Below are positions 51,539 to 62,050 of a DNA stretch of 64,000 nt, in pieces; within the stretch, counting starts at the first letter, position 1, and each line of letters starts with the position of its first letter. The notes under the pieces were generated by a model. That model had not been told where the DNA came from, made no database searches, and worked only from the letters and a program-made list of their open reading frames with translations. The position numbers and the translations under genes are program-made. The stretch comes from an uncultured bacterium (GTDB taxonomy: Bacteria; Babelota; Babeliae; Babelales; Vermiphilaceae), in NCBI GenBank assembly GCA_963701085.1, contig OY969561.1, positions 640,001 through 704,000 of the forward strand, read 5' to 3'.

Positions 51539-52270
51539 CTAGCCGCAGCATGAGTCCGGCTTCTTGCCTAACCGTGCCATAGTCATGGGCACCACAACAT
51601 CTGCCAATGTGCATGGTACAACAACGGCAATAATAAGCAGAACAAAAACATTACCAATAGATGCATACCAGGTAGTAAAGCCATGAGATATCAAATAAAA
51701 GGTAGAAGCTAACGAGCTAATAAATATATGCGTAGCATGAGAGCTCAGCGAATATCCACCTTGCTTACTTTCATGATGACGACTCATCACAAAACCGTTA
51801 ATTATTCCAACAATTAAAAATGGAATAACACGTTGTGGCTCAGTCAAAAAGCATGCATGAAAATGCATATGCACCCCAAGTAATGTACCCCCGATATACG
51901 GTAATACCGCATCAGATAAGATACAAAAAAAAGTTGGTGAAATAATACCAACAATTAATGCGCGTAAATAATTTTTTGAAAAACGGCAAAATGTAATTAC
52001 CGTCCCTGTTGCGGCAAAAACTATATGCATGAAATGGAAGCTGTGGAACAATGCCTTGCTACCTTTTTTGATGATAGCAGGATCCAGCGTCATAGAAAAA
52101 ACGGAATAAATGCTCAAAATAATTAAACTGAATGCTACAGAGTAAATTGCATATGGCAAATGACAAATCATTTCATCAATAACGGAATGTTCAATTTTTT
52201 CAAGACCATGTGCATGACCATGCCCATGGCTATGTGAACGATCGTGCTTGTGTGAGTGGTTATCGTGCAT
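51539..52270 (-). CDS. His-rich polytopic membrane protein, putatively metal-binding
   Basis: N-terminal His tract; internal pseudo-repeat H..H...C.L.D.V.P; about six TM segments. Confidence 0.75.
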   Translation of the reverse strand: MHDNHSHKHDRSHSHGHGHAHGLEKIEHSVIDEMICHLPYAIYSVAFSLIILSIYSVFSMTLDPAIIKKGSKALFHSFHFMHIVFAATGTVITFCRFSKNYLRALIVGIISPTFFCILSDAVLPYIGGTLLGVHMHFHACFLTEPQRVIPFLIVGIINGFVMSRHHESKQGGYSLSSHATHIFISSLASTFYLISHGFTTWYASIGNVFVLLIIAVVVPCTLADVVVPMTMARLGKKPDSCCG

Positions 52271-52369
52271 GATAAACCCCTATTTTAAAAGAATAATTCT
52301 ATCTAAAAGTTCTAATATAGAATATAGCAGAAATTATGGGTAAGTGAAGCAAGGGGCAAATTCTCAATT

Positions 52370-55267
52370 CTAGAACGCCTGACCAAAAGTTAAAAACCAG
52401 GCAAAAGATCGATCCAGAGGAAGTGATTTGCGCCATTTCCAGCCAATATCAAATCGCAGTGGTCCTATCGGGGTAAAAATACGCACACCAAATCCCGTAG
52501 AAGCCAAAACATCTTGGGGTTTAAAATCAGCAAACATCGTACCACTCAGAGCGCCTAAATCTTGAAAAAGCACCGCACCTATCTTTTTTTTATACACCGG
52601 AATGCGCAGCTCTATATTAGCATTCACCATGGAGCGTCCTCCGCGTGGCACCACATGTTCTTCATTATCATCATCAATATATATCCCCAATGGTGGAGCC
52701 AAATCTATATCATAGCCACGCAGTGAATGAGAACCGCCAAGATAAAAACGTTCCGATGGCATAATCGCAGAAAATTCACGATAAAAAATATGGCCGCAAC
52801 GGAATCGCAACGCCGCAACAACCGTTTTTAACGGCATAAAAAATGATTGTTCACATAATAATTTAAAAAAAGCTGTATCCTTATATTTTTTCTTAAGCGG
52901 TACCATTCCTTTTAATGAAAACAGCGTAGAGCCTCCAGAGGTTGGATTAAGAAGATCATCGAGCCATTCGATCATAAGCGTTGGTTCACTAAAAAAAAAG
53001 GGAACTAACTTATCAATTAATTGCGGCTTAAAATCAATTGCATGTGCAAGCGATTCAGGATTATCCTTAATAAGCATCTTCATCCACTCAAACCCATTAT
53101 TAACGCTACAATCAACATGTTCTGATTTTTTTTGCACTCCTAAAAGAAAGCCATGCTGTATGAGTGTGTATAAATCATTAAAGCTCCCTATAAACGCTGG
53201 CTGATCATACACAATGCTGTACGCTTGCAATGTGGTAAAAAAAGGACAACGTGTAAACCAAGGCCGGCGATACCGTCCAACAATTTCCCTATGCGAGCGT
53301 GCAAAGTCGCAATCAAACCGAATTTGATCACCAACATTACCAGGATTTTTAATAAGCGCTGTGCCACCAAGTTTATATGTCAGTCCAGAAAACGTTTGGT
53401 ATTTACGCACGTGCTGCAACTCAAGACCAGCACGTGTTCTAATTTCATACCGGTCATCAAGATGAAGCTTCAACAAAACAGGTTTATTTTCTTGCGCCTC
53501 ACTGTAATCAGCTGAAAAATGGATTGATTCAAAAATTTCTAACTCTTTGAGCGATCTAAATGTTTGCTTTATTTTTGCCTGATCCCACAAATCTCCCTCC
53601 TTGTAACACAACATCCGCTCAATATATGGAAAAGGAAATGGGGAGCTTCCCAGTAAAACTGTTTTACCAAAACGCACTTTTTCACCAGGATCAACAACCC
53701 ACTTAATGGAGACATCGGCACCATGTGATTCAATAACCGATTTAAGACGAGGATGTAAATATCCCAATGATTGAAAGTGCTCAACCAACCACGCGCGTTG
53801 CTCATCAATAACTTTGCTCGTAAATGGCACTGCCTTATCACCAAGATCATGCCCACTAAAAGGACCTTGCTGATTAAGTTCGGCGTACCCCTCAACTTCT
53901 GCAGCAGTAATATATTTCTGCATTCCTTCATCGATAGTTATCGCTAACACACATTCATTTTCAATTGTCGTTGGTACAAATTCATAATTCACCACCGCAA
54001 AAGAGAGAAACCCTTGACTGAAATAATAGTTGGTTAGAGACGCAATCGCTTCATCATATAACTGGGCATCATAATAAGAATTCTTTAACAACTTACTAAA
54101 GCACTTTTTTTTTATAACAGCTTGCTTGCCAAAAGTTCCATTTCTTATTTCAACAGCTTTAATAACAGCTTGAGAACCTTCTTTTATAATAAAAAACGAA
54201 CGATCTTTTTCTTCCTGAGTTACTACTTCCGCTCTTAAAAACCCTCTGTTTTTATAAGCACGCACTATCTCTTCTGCCAACAATGAAGCCGGCAACAACC
54301 ACACCGATTGTCCAAATGCCAGAATTTTATCAAGCAACTCTTTTTTTGAAAAAAAACAATTCCCAAAAAAAACAATTTCTCTTTTTTGATGTATGGTTAT
54401 TTTCCATGTAACATTGACTACCGCATGACGATGATCAACATGTTGTTTACATTTAATGACACTATGGAAAAATCCTTTTTTTGCTAAATAATCTTTCAAG
54501 GCAACCATTTCACCGTTCAACTGCTTTTGAGTAAACCGTTGTGATAATAATGCATGTGAAATCTTTGTTTTAACAAGCTTGCACAACTCATCATTATCGT
54601 CAAGGATCCCATTGTTTCCTGTTATTTCAACACTCATCGATCCAAAACAAAAACGTTTATACTTTTTAATAGAAATATGAACTATAACTTCTTTTGTCCG
54701 ATGATCATACTCAAGGCTACTTAGTATGTTGCAATCAAAATAACCACTATTGATTAAAGATTCTTTAATTTTGCTCATAGAGTGATTATGTTTTGATTCA
54801 TCAAACATATCTCCTCTTTCCATAAGATAGAACTGCAGCAATGCATGCTTACCTTGATAAACATTATGAATTTTAATTTTTCTAAAAGTCCATGCTGCCT
54901 CAAAAGCAAAATGTAATCTAATGCCATCATTACTGGTAAAAATAGTTATTTTCACAACGGAAAATTTATTTTTTTTGGCACAGCGCTCAAGAGCGGCGAT
55001 AAGATATTCTTGGTCTATCTTATCACCGCTCTTACATGCAAACAGATAAAAAAACTCTTCTTGGGTAAACACCACATCTGATTCAAAAGAAAACTCGTCA
55101 ACAAGTAATGGTGTAGCAAAAACGGCACTAATCGCCTCTTTATCAACACCATTTTGGGATAAAACAACAACATCACGACAAACATTTTCGTGCTGGGCGC
55201 CAACAGACAGAGAGCACAATAATAAAAAAGAAATAATAACCTGGTGCCACAATGGCGATTGATTCAT
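52370..55267 (-). CDS. Omp85-family (BamA/TamA-like) outer membrane protein
   Basis: Multiple POTRA-like segments, ERFYLGGSHSLRGY, GFGVR..TPIGPLRFD and C-terminal TFGQAF. Confidence 0.9.
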   Translation of the reverse strand: MNQSPLWHQVIISFLLLCSLSVGAQHENVCRDVVVLSQNGVDKEAISAVFATPLLVDEFSFESDVVFTQEEFFYLFACKSGDKIDQEYLIAALERCAKKNKFSVVKITIFTSNDGIRLHFAFEAAWTFRKIKIHNVYQGKHALLQFYLMERGDMFDESKHNHSMSKIKESLINSGYFDCNILSSLEYDHRTKEVIVHISIKKYKRFCFGSMSVEITGNNGILDDNDELCKLVKTKISHALLSQRFTQKQLNGEMVALKDYLAKKGFFHSVIKCKQHVDHRHAVVNVTWKITIHQKREIVFFGNCFFSKKELLDKILAFGQSVWLLPASLLAEEIVRAYKNRGFLRAEVVTQEEKDRSFFIIKEGSQAVIKAVEIRNGTFGKQAVIKKKCFSKLLKNSYYDAQLYDEAIASLTNYYFSQGFLSFAVVNYEFVPTTIENECVLAITIDEGMQKYITAAEVEGYAELNQQGPFSGHDLGDKAVPFTSKVIDEQRAWLVEHFQSLGYLHPRLKSVIESHGADVSIKWVVDPGEKVRFGKTVLLGSSPFPFPYIERMLCYKEGDLWDQAKIKQTFRSLKELEIFESIHFSADYSEAQENKPVLLKLHLDDRYEIRTRAGLELQHVRKYQTFSGLTYKLGGTALIKNPGNVGDQIRFDCDFARSHREIVGRYRRPWFTRCPFFTTLQAYSIVYDQPAFIGSFNDLYTLIQHGFLLGVQKKSEHVDCSVNNGFEWMKMLIKDNPESLAHAIDFKPQLIDKLVPFFFSEPTLMIEWLDDLLNPTSGGSTLFSLKGMVPLKKKYKDTAFFKLLCEQSFFMPLKTVVAALRFRCGHIFYREFSAIMPSERFYLGGSHSLRGYDIDLAPPLGIYIDDDNEEHVVPRGGRSMVNANIELRIPVYKKKIGAVLFQDLGALSGTMFADFKPQDVLASTGFGVRIFTPIGPLRFDIGWKWRKSLPLDRSFAWFLTFGQAF

Positions 55268-55509
55268 AGAAAGTACAATGAAGCTGGAATGGTTAACTGA
55301 TATTACAATACACACCTTTAGTGTACCAAAAATAAGAATATTTGCTTCTTAGCCCCGTACTCTTTGCACCTCTCATCAAACCCCCATCCTGACGCTCACA
55401 ATCATAATAAAAAGTAAAATTGTTTACAACTTGAATCTAATTACAATACAATTATAACTGTAAGTACTGTTTGGTTATTTTAATTAGCCGTAAACTATGG
55501 AGAATATCG

Positions 55510-57564
55510 ATGAAAAAAATAATTAAATATTCACTCATGCTGATTATTGGACTGGGTTCCCTACAAACATGTTGGGCCAGTAAAAAATGTAATGACCTCA
55601 TTCTTATTCTTGATCCCAGAGAAAAGGAAAAAACTGACGGAAAACATCTTGCTATGGCGGGTGATTTTCTACGTGCCCTTCAAGAAAAAGCCGCTCCTAT
55701 AATAATATCAAGCAACGTAGTAGAAAATTTTTGTTTTTGGAAAAATGAGTTCAAACAGATCCTTGATGATATAAAAATCGAAGCCATCAGTACAAAAGAT
55801 TTCAATAAAGCAATAGAAAAAGCTCAAATACTCTTAGATAACACCGACCAACCAAATAAACCGGATCCTTCTTTTGCAGCAGAACTTAGCTTAACTGACT
55901 TAAATGATAATGACTGGTACTGTTATGCCCACAAGCAAGCGAACCTTATGCTTTTAGCACCAAAAAGCTATGTTGCCAATCGCACGCAAAAATCAGCCGG
56001 CGATAGTAATGCTCAAATAAAAGAATGCGGGTTTAATATTGCCAACCTTGATAAAATCAACAATGTGTCTCCCGAAACGTTACTGAAATACATACAAACA
56101 AAACGTAGCCAGAAAAAAATAAACCTTCTAGAAGCGATTCAATCAATGTTTATAACAAAAAAATCAAACTCGCAAACTGATACTGGTTCATGGAATATTT
56201 ATATGACAGGCCACGGGGATCCTGCTTTGAAAAAAAATGGCGTACTTGCACCAGAAACTGCATATATTGCAGGAATGCCCTTTAATGAAATTGCACAGCT
56301 TATGAAGTTCTTTAATAACGATATAATAACATCGTTTGTGTATTATGCTACTTGTTTTGCTGGAGGATATAACCAAGCAACTGTAAATGCGATTTTATCA
56401 AAATTAAATGCTAACTTTATTGTTACTGCAGAGGGTATTAATGAAGCCTCCACTTCCGGCAGCTTGCTTGAATTCAAAATAAATGAACAAGGAACTAATC
56501 TAGTTTTATCCGACTTAAGATTCACTCATTTTTTTGGCATGCTTGAAAGTTTTTTTGGCGATCCAACGGGATTCATTAAAACGAAAATACAACAAGATGC
56601 TTTAAAAAAAGATCCTATTGGTGCAATTGTACGCAACCTCATTGATCCCAGCACCTTGCAAACAAATCAACCTTTTGTCCGTATACCTGCCGTCGGCGTA
56701 TTCAATGCCCTATCGGTTGATACATCGGTAAAAATTTTAACTAATGCAATTGCCAAAGCCCATGAACATGAAGGCCGCACCATTAATTTTAGCAATCCAG
56801 ATATAACAACAATTATTATGTACCCAACACATATTGGAGTTCCATTACAATTAAATGGGTTGACCGCTATTGTGTCACCAACAGCAATTGCTAAGAACAA
56901 TCAAACTACGCATATTTTTGAAAAAATTATAGATGCCTCCTCATTTAATTGGACTATCTATAATTTTGTACGCTTGAATAGCAGCTATTCAAAAATTACA
57001 TTCATTATTAAAAAATTAGAAACCTTTAATTATGAAAATTCAGGATTAAGTGCATATGATGATGAACCGATCACTATTGATAATATGACGATTCAAATTA
57101 CCGGAAAACTATCCCCTACAAAAAATGACCCGGAAGCATCTGCTATAGACTCAACTATTAATGTTACTTTTATTTTTAATGGAAAAACATACACCGCATC
57201 AGAGCATATTGAAAATCTTGCCGATAACGAAGAACTTTTTGACTTATTTAACACTTTACAGATATCGTCAACATCAGGCACATTAGCACCTATAATTACA
57301 AAAAAAATTGATAAAAGCTCTCAAGTAAAAAAACCTGGCGCATTAAAAAAGGTGCTTTTGCTCCAACAGCTAAGCGCGCTTGAATTAGCTACCAATCCCG
57401 AACAGTTAAAAAAAGAAAACGCTTATCGTCATAGAAATAATTTGGACACATTAAAACGCCAAATAAACCTCCTTCCAAACGATCAAATAAATCCTCAAGA
57501 GCGTGATGCAATAAACACAAGAATTTCTAATGTACAGGCAAGAATACGAAAAATAATACTTTAA
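55510..57564 (+). CDS. exported hypothetical protein with a putative clan CD (caspase-like) His-Cys dyad
   Basis: Signal ending CWA|S; IYMTGHG, then YYATCFAGG 47 aa later. Confidence 0.7.
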   Translation: MKKIIKYSLMLIIGLGSLQTCWASKKCNDLILILDPREKEKTDGKHLAMAGDFLRALQEKAAPIIISSNVVENFCFWKNEFKQILDDIKIEAISTKDFNKAIEKAQILLDNTDQPNKPDPSFAAELSLTDLNDNDWYCYAHKQANLMLLAPKSYVANRTQKSAGDSNAQIKECGFNIANLDKINNVSPETLLKYIQTKRSQKKINLLEAIQSMFITKKSNSQTDTGSWNIYMTGHGDPALKKNGVLAPETAYIAGMPFNEIAQLMKFFNNDIITSFVYYATCFAGGYNQATVNAILSKLNANFIVTAEGINEASTSGSLLEFKINEQGTNLVLSDLRFTHFFGMLESFFGDPTGFIKTKIQQDALKKDPIGAIVRNLIDPSTLQTNQPFVRIPAVGVFNALSVDTSVKILTNAIAKAHEHEGRTINFSNPDITTIIMYPTHIGVPLQLNGLTAIVSPTAIAKNNQTTHIFEKIIDASSFNWTIYNFVRLNSSYSKITFIIKKLETFNYENSGLSAYDDEPITIDNMTIQITGKLSPTKNDPEASAIDSTINVTFIFNGKTYTASEHIENLADNEELFDLFNTLQISSTSGTLAPIITKKIDKSSQVKKPGALKKVLLLQQLSALELATNPEQLKKENAYRHRNNLDTLKRQINLLPNDQINPQERDAINTRISNVQARIRKIIL

Positions 57565-57592
57565 ACAAATAAGTAAGTTCATAGTAAATAAA

Positions 57593-57628
57593 TAAGCGTG
57601 ATGGTTTTCCCGCATACCATCACGCTTA
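57593..57628. terminator. hairpin between convergent genes
   Basis: TAAGCGTGATGGT / ACCATCACGCTTA. Confidence 0.7.
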
Positions 57629-57645
57629 CATTTTAAACAACTATA

Positions 57646-57924
57646 CTACTCCAAAATACGAAAAATTCCTCGATAATCCTTTTCCTTTAAAAAAGGCTCT
57701 ACCAATACATCTTCAGGTATATTAACTCCAAATCCCTGATGGATATTATCAAGAAAACCATCAATATTGTCTTTTGAGCCACACGCAATAATAACAATTT
57801 CATTCGGCTCAACAAACTGCACCGTACCTTCCACGTCTAATTTTCGCGCAGCAGTCTGAATGGAATCTCGTAACCATCGTTCTAACATCTTCGAAACCAA
57901 CGTAATTTTGAGACACTTCTTCAT
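57646..57924 (-). CDS. acylphosphatase-fold protein with a degenerate active site
   Basis: 92 aa; A..L...G.V......V.I...G......F pattern and Y..F.I end, but no GxVQGVxFR loop. Confidence 0.65.
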   Translation of the reverse strand: MKKCLKITLVSKMLERWLRDSIQTAARKLDVEGTVQFVEPNEIVIIACGSKDNIDGFLDNIHQGFGVNIPEDVLVEPFLKEKDYRGIFRILE

Positions 57925-58082
57925 TACTCTATCCTTTTAGTAAAACTTTTCGAAAAAAATAACAAATCAAGACTCTGTATGTCAAAGATTTTAACGTACT
58001 GCCAACCAAACAGTCTGGACTTTGCAGCTATTGCAGGTAAACTAAACAGATAAATAAGTCCACATAATAAGGAATCAAACCA

Positions 58083-59528
58083 ATGCAAAAAATTCGTGTA
58101 CGCTTTGCTCCATCTCCTACAGGCATGATGCATTTAGGCAATGTTCGTGCAGCACTCATCAATTTTTTATTTGCGCAGCAAAAACGCGGCACCTTTATTC
58201 TTCGCATTGAGGACACAGATGCTCAACGCATGTTTGATCCCGAGGCAAAAAAAATTATAGAAGACCTCTCCTGGCTTGGCCTTACCTATGATGAAGGCCC
58301 TCACATCGGCGGACCATATGCACCCTACTATCAATCTGAACGCACCGATCTTTATCAACAACAACTGGCTATTTTTAAAGAAAAAAAATTAATTTATCGT
58401 TGTTTTTGCACAGAGCAGGAACTAGAAAAAACACGTCTGCGACAACAAGCGCTCAAACTACCTCCGCGCTATGATCGCACCTGTGTGTCATTATCTCAGG
58501 CAGATATTGATCATCTCCTTGCACAAGAAACTCCATTTATTTGGCGCTTTAAATGTGATCATAACCTATCACTCATCATCACTGATTTCGCCTATGGCAA
58601 CATCACGTTTGATATGAGTAATTTTTCTGATTTTGCTATTACCCGACAAGATGGCAGCTTTACTTTTATATTCGCCAACTTTGTTGATGATCTTCTCATG
58701 GATATCACTCATATTTTTCGCGGGGCAGACCATCTTTCCAACACCGCCAACCAAGCTGCTCTTTTTCATGCTATAAACGCACCCCTACCAACATACTGGC
58801 ACTTACCAATTTTGGTGAATTTGGAAGGAAAAAAACTTTCCAAACGTGATTTTGGATTTTCATTGAGAGATCTCAAAGACGCCGGATACTTGCCTGAAGC
58901 AGTTGCCAATTATGTTTCTATTATTGGCGGATCATTTAAAGATGAAATTATGCCACTGGAAACTCTTGCTGCCAGTTTTAAATTTGAAAACATTAATTCA
59001 TCAAGCCACATCACCTATGATGTTGAAAAACTCAAATGGGTTAATAAATGCTGGATTAATCGCTACGAGCCGGAACAATTAACCACTCAATGCCGACCTT
59101 TTTTAGAAACTGCGTATGGTGAAAAAGTCAAAAATCTTGATCAAACAATACTCACAAGCCTCATTCAAATAATTAAATCAGAATTAACCACCACCGCTGA
59201 TGTAGTGGGTGCTCTTGAATTTTACTTCACCGAACCACACATGACCATTACTGACCTTGAAGCATGCATACCTCAAACGGCATATGCACCATTAAAAAGC
59301 ATTATTACCGAACACAAAAACCTTCTCTTAACAGCGCAAGCAGAATTTGCACCACACATAAAAAGCGCAGCAAAAGATATGGGCTTATCACTCAAAGAAC
59401 TGTTTTGGTTTTTGCGTTTAGCTATGATAGGTAGAACAAATGGGCCGGGAATTCACGAACTTGTTGAAATGTTAGGTGGAAAGCAAGCGCTTACAAGAAT
59501 AGAAAAAGCATTACACTTGCTCAGTTAA
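58083..59528 (+). CDS. gltX: glutamyl-tRNA synthetase
   Basis: RVRFAPSPTG..HLGN.R, LRIEDTD, YYQSER and KLSKR. Confidence 0.95.
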   Translation: MQKIRVRFAPSPTGMMHLGNVRAALINFLFAQQKRGTFILRIEDTDAQRMFDPEAKKIIEDLSWLGLTYDEGPHIGGPYAPYYQSERTDLYQQQLAIFKEKKLIYRCFCTEQELEKTRLRQQALKLPPRYDRTCVSLSQADIDHLLAQETPFIWRFKCDHNLSLIITDFAYGNITFDMSNFSDFAITRQDGSFTFIFANFVDDLLMDITHIFRGADHLSNTANQAALFHAINAPLPTYWHLPILVNLEGKKLSKRDFGFSLRDLKDAGYLPEAVANYVSIIGGSFKDEIMPLETLAASFKFENINSSSHITYDVEKLKWVNKCWINRYEPEQLTTQCRPFLETAYGEKVKNLDQTILTSLIQIIKSELTTTADVVGALEFYFTEPHMTITDLEACIPQTAYAPLKSIITEHKNLLLTAQAEFAPHIKSAAKDMGLSLKELFWFLRLAMIGRTNGPGIHELVEMLGGKQALTRIEKALHLLS

Positions 59529-59774
59529 ATTTGCCAAACGATTAGGAAGTTTTTTAAGATTATGCACAAGGCCTTCTGCTTGAAAATAGTTCATGAGAGC
59601 TAAAAAAGGTTTTTCCGTTGAAACCGGCACAAAAAACTCAAACAAACTTGTTGCAGGATCAAGTGTACGATCAAAAGAGATATGTTCATAACTACGCAAA
59701 GCCGCGGTAACATACCAACATAACTCACGCTGAACCTGTGCTTGATAATAAGAACAATATAATGAAGATTCCAT
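59511..59774 (-). CDS. small hypothetical protein
   Basis: 87-aa ORF filling the gap between gltX and the divergent outer-membrane gene. Confidence 0.6.
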   Translation of the reverse strand: MESSLYCSYYQAQVQRELCWYVTAALRSYEHISFDRTLDPATSLFEFFVPVSTEKPFLALMNYFQAEGLVHNLKKLPNRLANLTEQV

Positions 59775-59912
59775 AATCTCTTTTTTTCTTCCTGGGCAAT
59801 GTGTAACGTTTATGCATATACTTTATCACAAATTAGCGCTAAAGTTGACTGTATTACATTAACAATGATATAAATAGATGATTTGTTTTGAAAAGCAAAA
59901 AAAAGGAATAGT

Positions 59913-61385
59913 ATGCTTCGCGATAAACAAAAAAAAATATCACAATCTTTACTGTCTTTCTTGATACTTACCGCAACCATAGCGCATATACCACTGCACG
60001 CTGAATTAACATCTCTTGCAAAAAATGATGCTATACCAATGTTTAGCACGCTCAACTTGGATGATGCACTCTTGCTGACTAAAGAACAGCTGCTTTACAA
60101 AGATTATGATTGGGCAGAAAAAAAACGTGATCGATTCAGAATCTCCATTTCCCCTTTTGCCCAAAATGCCGATCGCGGTAAAACAATCAAAGGATCCCAT
60201 TGCACATTGCCTAATCCATTTAATGATCCTTGTCAAAACCCCATTACTGATACCCCTCTTGGCGATCTTACCGGCAGAACCGGCATGATTGCATTATTAT
60301 ATGGCCAAAGACCCATCGGAGTAGAATTCTTACCTGGTGGCCCAACAGGTACATTATCCATAGCTCTCAAGCAATTATTTAACTTGCCTCCTGATGCAAC
60401 CATCAATGATGAAGTTGAAATTGACCCTGATCAAATTTTTGGCTTCTTTTCTTTTGAAGAAAAATACAGAAAACGTGGCGTTGCCTTTGAAGTGGCTGCT
60501 CGTTTTGCTAAAAATTTTGGTGCCCGCATACAAACACGCGTAAGCACTATTCGTCAAGTCTCTGAAAACACCATTGATTTAACACAAGAAAAAAATTCTG
60601 ATGGTACGCCTTATATGTTTGAAGGTCTTTCAGGCGTTGATGTTGATCTCTATCTTATGGATGAACTACACACCATTGCAAATGATATTGGCATCAATTT
60701 ATGTGACGATTTTATTAAAACTTCAATAGAAGAAATTCGTTTTAACGTATTCTGGCGACAAGCTTTTGAGGTTAACAAGGATGCTGAAAGCGATTGGGCA
60801 AAGTTTTTAATCATTCCTTATATTGAAGCAGGAGCAAGTGTTTCTCCGGGCAAAAAAGATAATGAACATAATTTTTTTGCCGCACCTTTTGGCAATAATG
60901 GACACACCAGCGTTGGATTCACCACCGGAATCAATTTTGATTTCCTCGAAACAATAGAAATTGGCGGAGAAGTTGGCTACACCCATTTCTTTAAAAAAGA
61001 CTTTTGTAATATGCCAATGCCTAACAGCCAGTTCCAAACCAACCTTTTCCCTTTTTCCACCGATGTTTCAATAAGCCCTGGTGATAACTGGTATTTTGGC
61101 GCACGTATTGCGGCATACCACTTTATAGACAACCTCTCCATGTACTTTGAATGGTTTGTTTTAGATCACGCAAAAGATGATATAGACCTTAAAAACCCAG
61201 ATCCTGCATTCTTGCCTTGTGTCCTTGAATGCACCACCAGCTTTAAAACCAAACTGGGCAATGCTGGCTTTAACTACGACCTCTCACCTAATATTGGGGT
61301 TGGCTTCTTGTGGCAAATACCGTTCTCACAGCGTAATTCATACAGAAGCTCAACATTAATGGCTGGTTTTAACGTAACATTCTAG
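59913..61385 (+). CDS. putative outer-membrane beta-barrel protein, distant paralog of 41220..43079
   Basis: Signal ending LHA|E; APFGNNGH motif; C-terminal AGFNVTF. Confidence 0.75.
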   Translation: MLRDKQKKISQSLLSFLILTATIAHIPLHAELTSLAKNDAIPMFSTLNLDDALLLTKEQLLYKDYDWAEKKRDRFRISISPFAQNADRGKTIKGSHCTLPNPFNDPCQNPITDTPLGDLTGRTGMIALLYGQRPIGVEFLPGGPTGTLSIALKQLFNLPPDATINDEVEIDPDQIFGFFSFEEKYRKRGVAFEVAARFAKNFGARIQTRVSTIRQVSENTIDLTQEKNSDGTPYMFEGLSGVDVDLYLMDELHTIANDIGINLCDDFIKTSIEEIRFNVFWRQAFEVNKDAESDWAKFLIIPYIEAGASVSPGKKDNEHNFFAAPFGNNGHTSVGFTTGINFDFLETIEIGGEVGYTHFFKKDFCNMPMPNSQFQTNLFPFSTDVSISPGDNWYFGARIAAYHFIDNLSMYFEWFVLDHAKDDIDLKNPDPAFLPCVLECTTSFKTKLGNAGFNYDLSPNIGVGFLWQIPFSQRNSYRSSTLMAGFNVTF

Positions 61386-61457
61386 ACAGTAAGCCTAAAG
61401 TGCAGTATTATAGTATATAAAGCATTAAACCTCTTAAAGAAAGGCGATTGTTTAGCT

Positions 61458-61676
61458 ATGTCAAAACGATCAAACATCGAAATTTCTGTCAGTGGACACA
61501 TCGATAAAGCACTCAGACAATTAAAAAAGAAAATAGAACGCGAAGGTATCGTACGCGATATGAAACGCACCGTCTATTTTGAATCTACTACACAAAAAAG
61601 AAGAAAACGCCTTGTTCGTGCTATCAAACAAAACATGATGCGCATGATTACTGCAGGCACAGCACCTAAAGACTAA
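61458..61676 (+). CDS. rpsU: 30S ribosomal protein bS21
   Basis: IDKALRQLKKKIEREGIVRDMKR..YFES....R.RK. Confidence 0.9.
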   Translation: MSKRSNIEISVSGHIDKALRQLKKKIEREGIVRDMKRTVYFESTTQKRRKRLVRAIKQNMMRMITAGTAPKD

Positions 61677-61681
61677 TCCCA

Positions 61682-62050
61682 ATGAGCAAACAACAGCAAG
61701 AAATAAGAAAAGCACAAAGAGAGTCGTATTTTTACCGAGAAATTTCTACCCTCTTTTCACGAATTACGATTGACGAACCACGTCTTAGTGGATTATTCAT
61801 AAATAGAGTAAATCTTTCTTCTGATGGTGGCACTTGTGTTGTTCTGTTTCTTGCAACAAATGGCAGACCTGAGTTTGAAGAAAAACTACAAACACTCATC
61901 CTTTATAAGCCATCATTACGCAGTGCAATAGCAAAAACATCCCATGGTCGCTATACACCAAACCTTATCTTCCGATACGATGAAGACCAAGAAAAAGCAG
62001 ATAAGATCAATCGCTTGATCGATAAACTAAAAGACGAAGGAAAATTATAG
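61682..62050 (+). CDS. rbfA: ribosome-binding factor A
   Basis: EPRL....I..V.LS.D, LR..IA......YTP.L.F.YD and I..LI. Confidence 0.88.
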   Translation: MSKQQQEIRKAQRESYFYREISTLFSRITIDEPRLSGLFINRVNLSSDGGTCVVLFLATNGRPEFEEKLQTLILYKPSLRSAIAKTSHGRYTPNLIFRYDEDQEKADKINRLIDKLKDEGKL

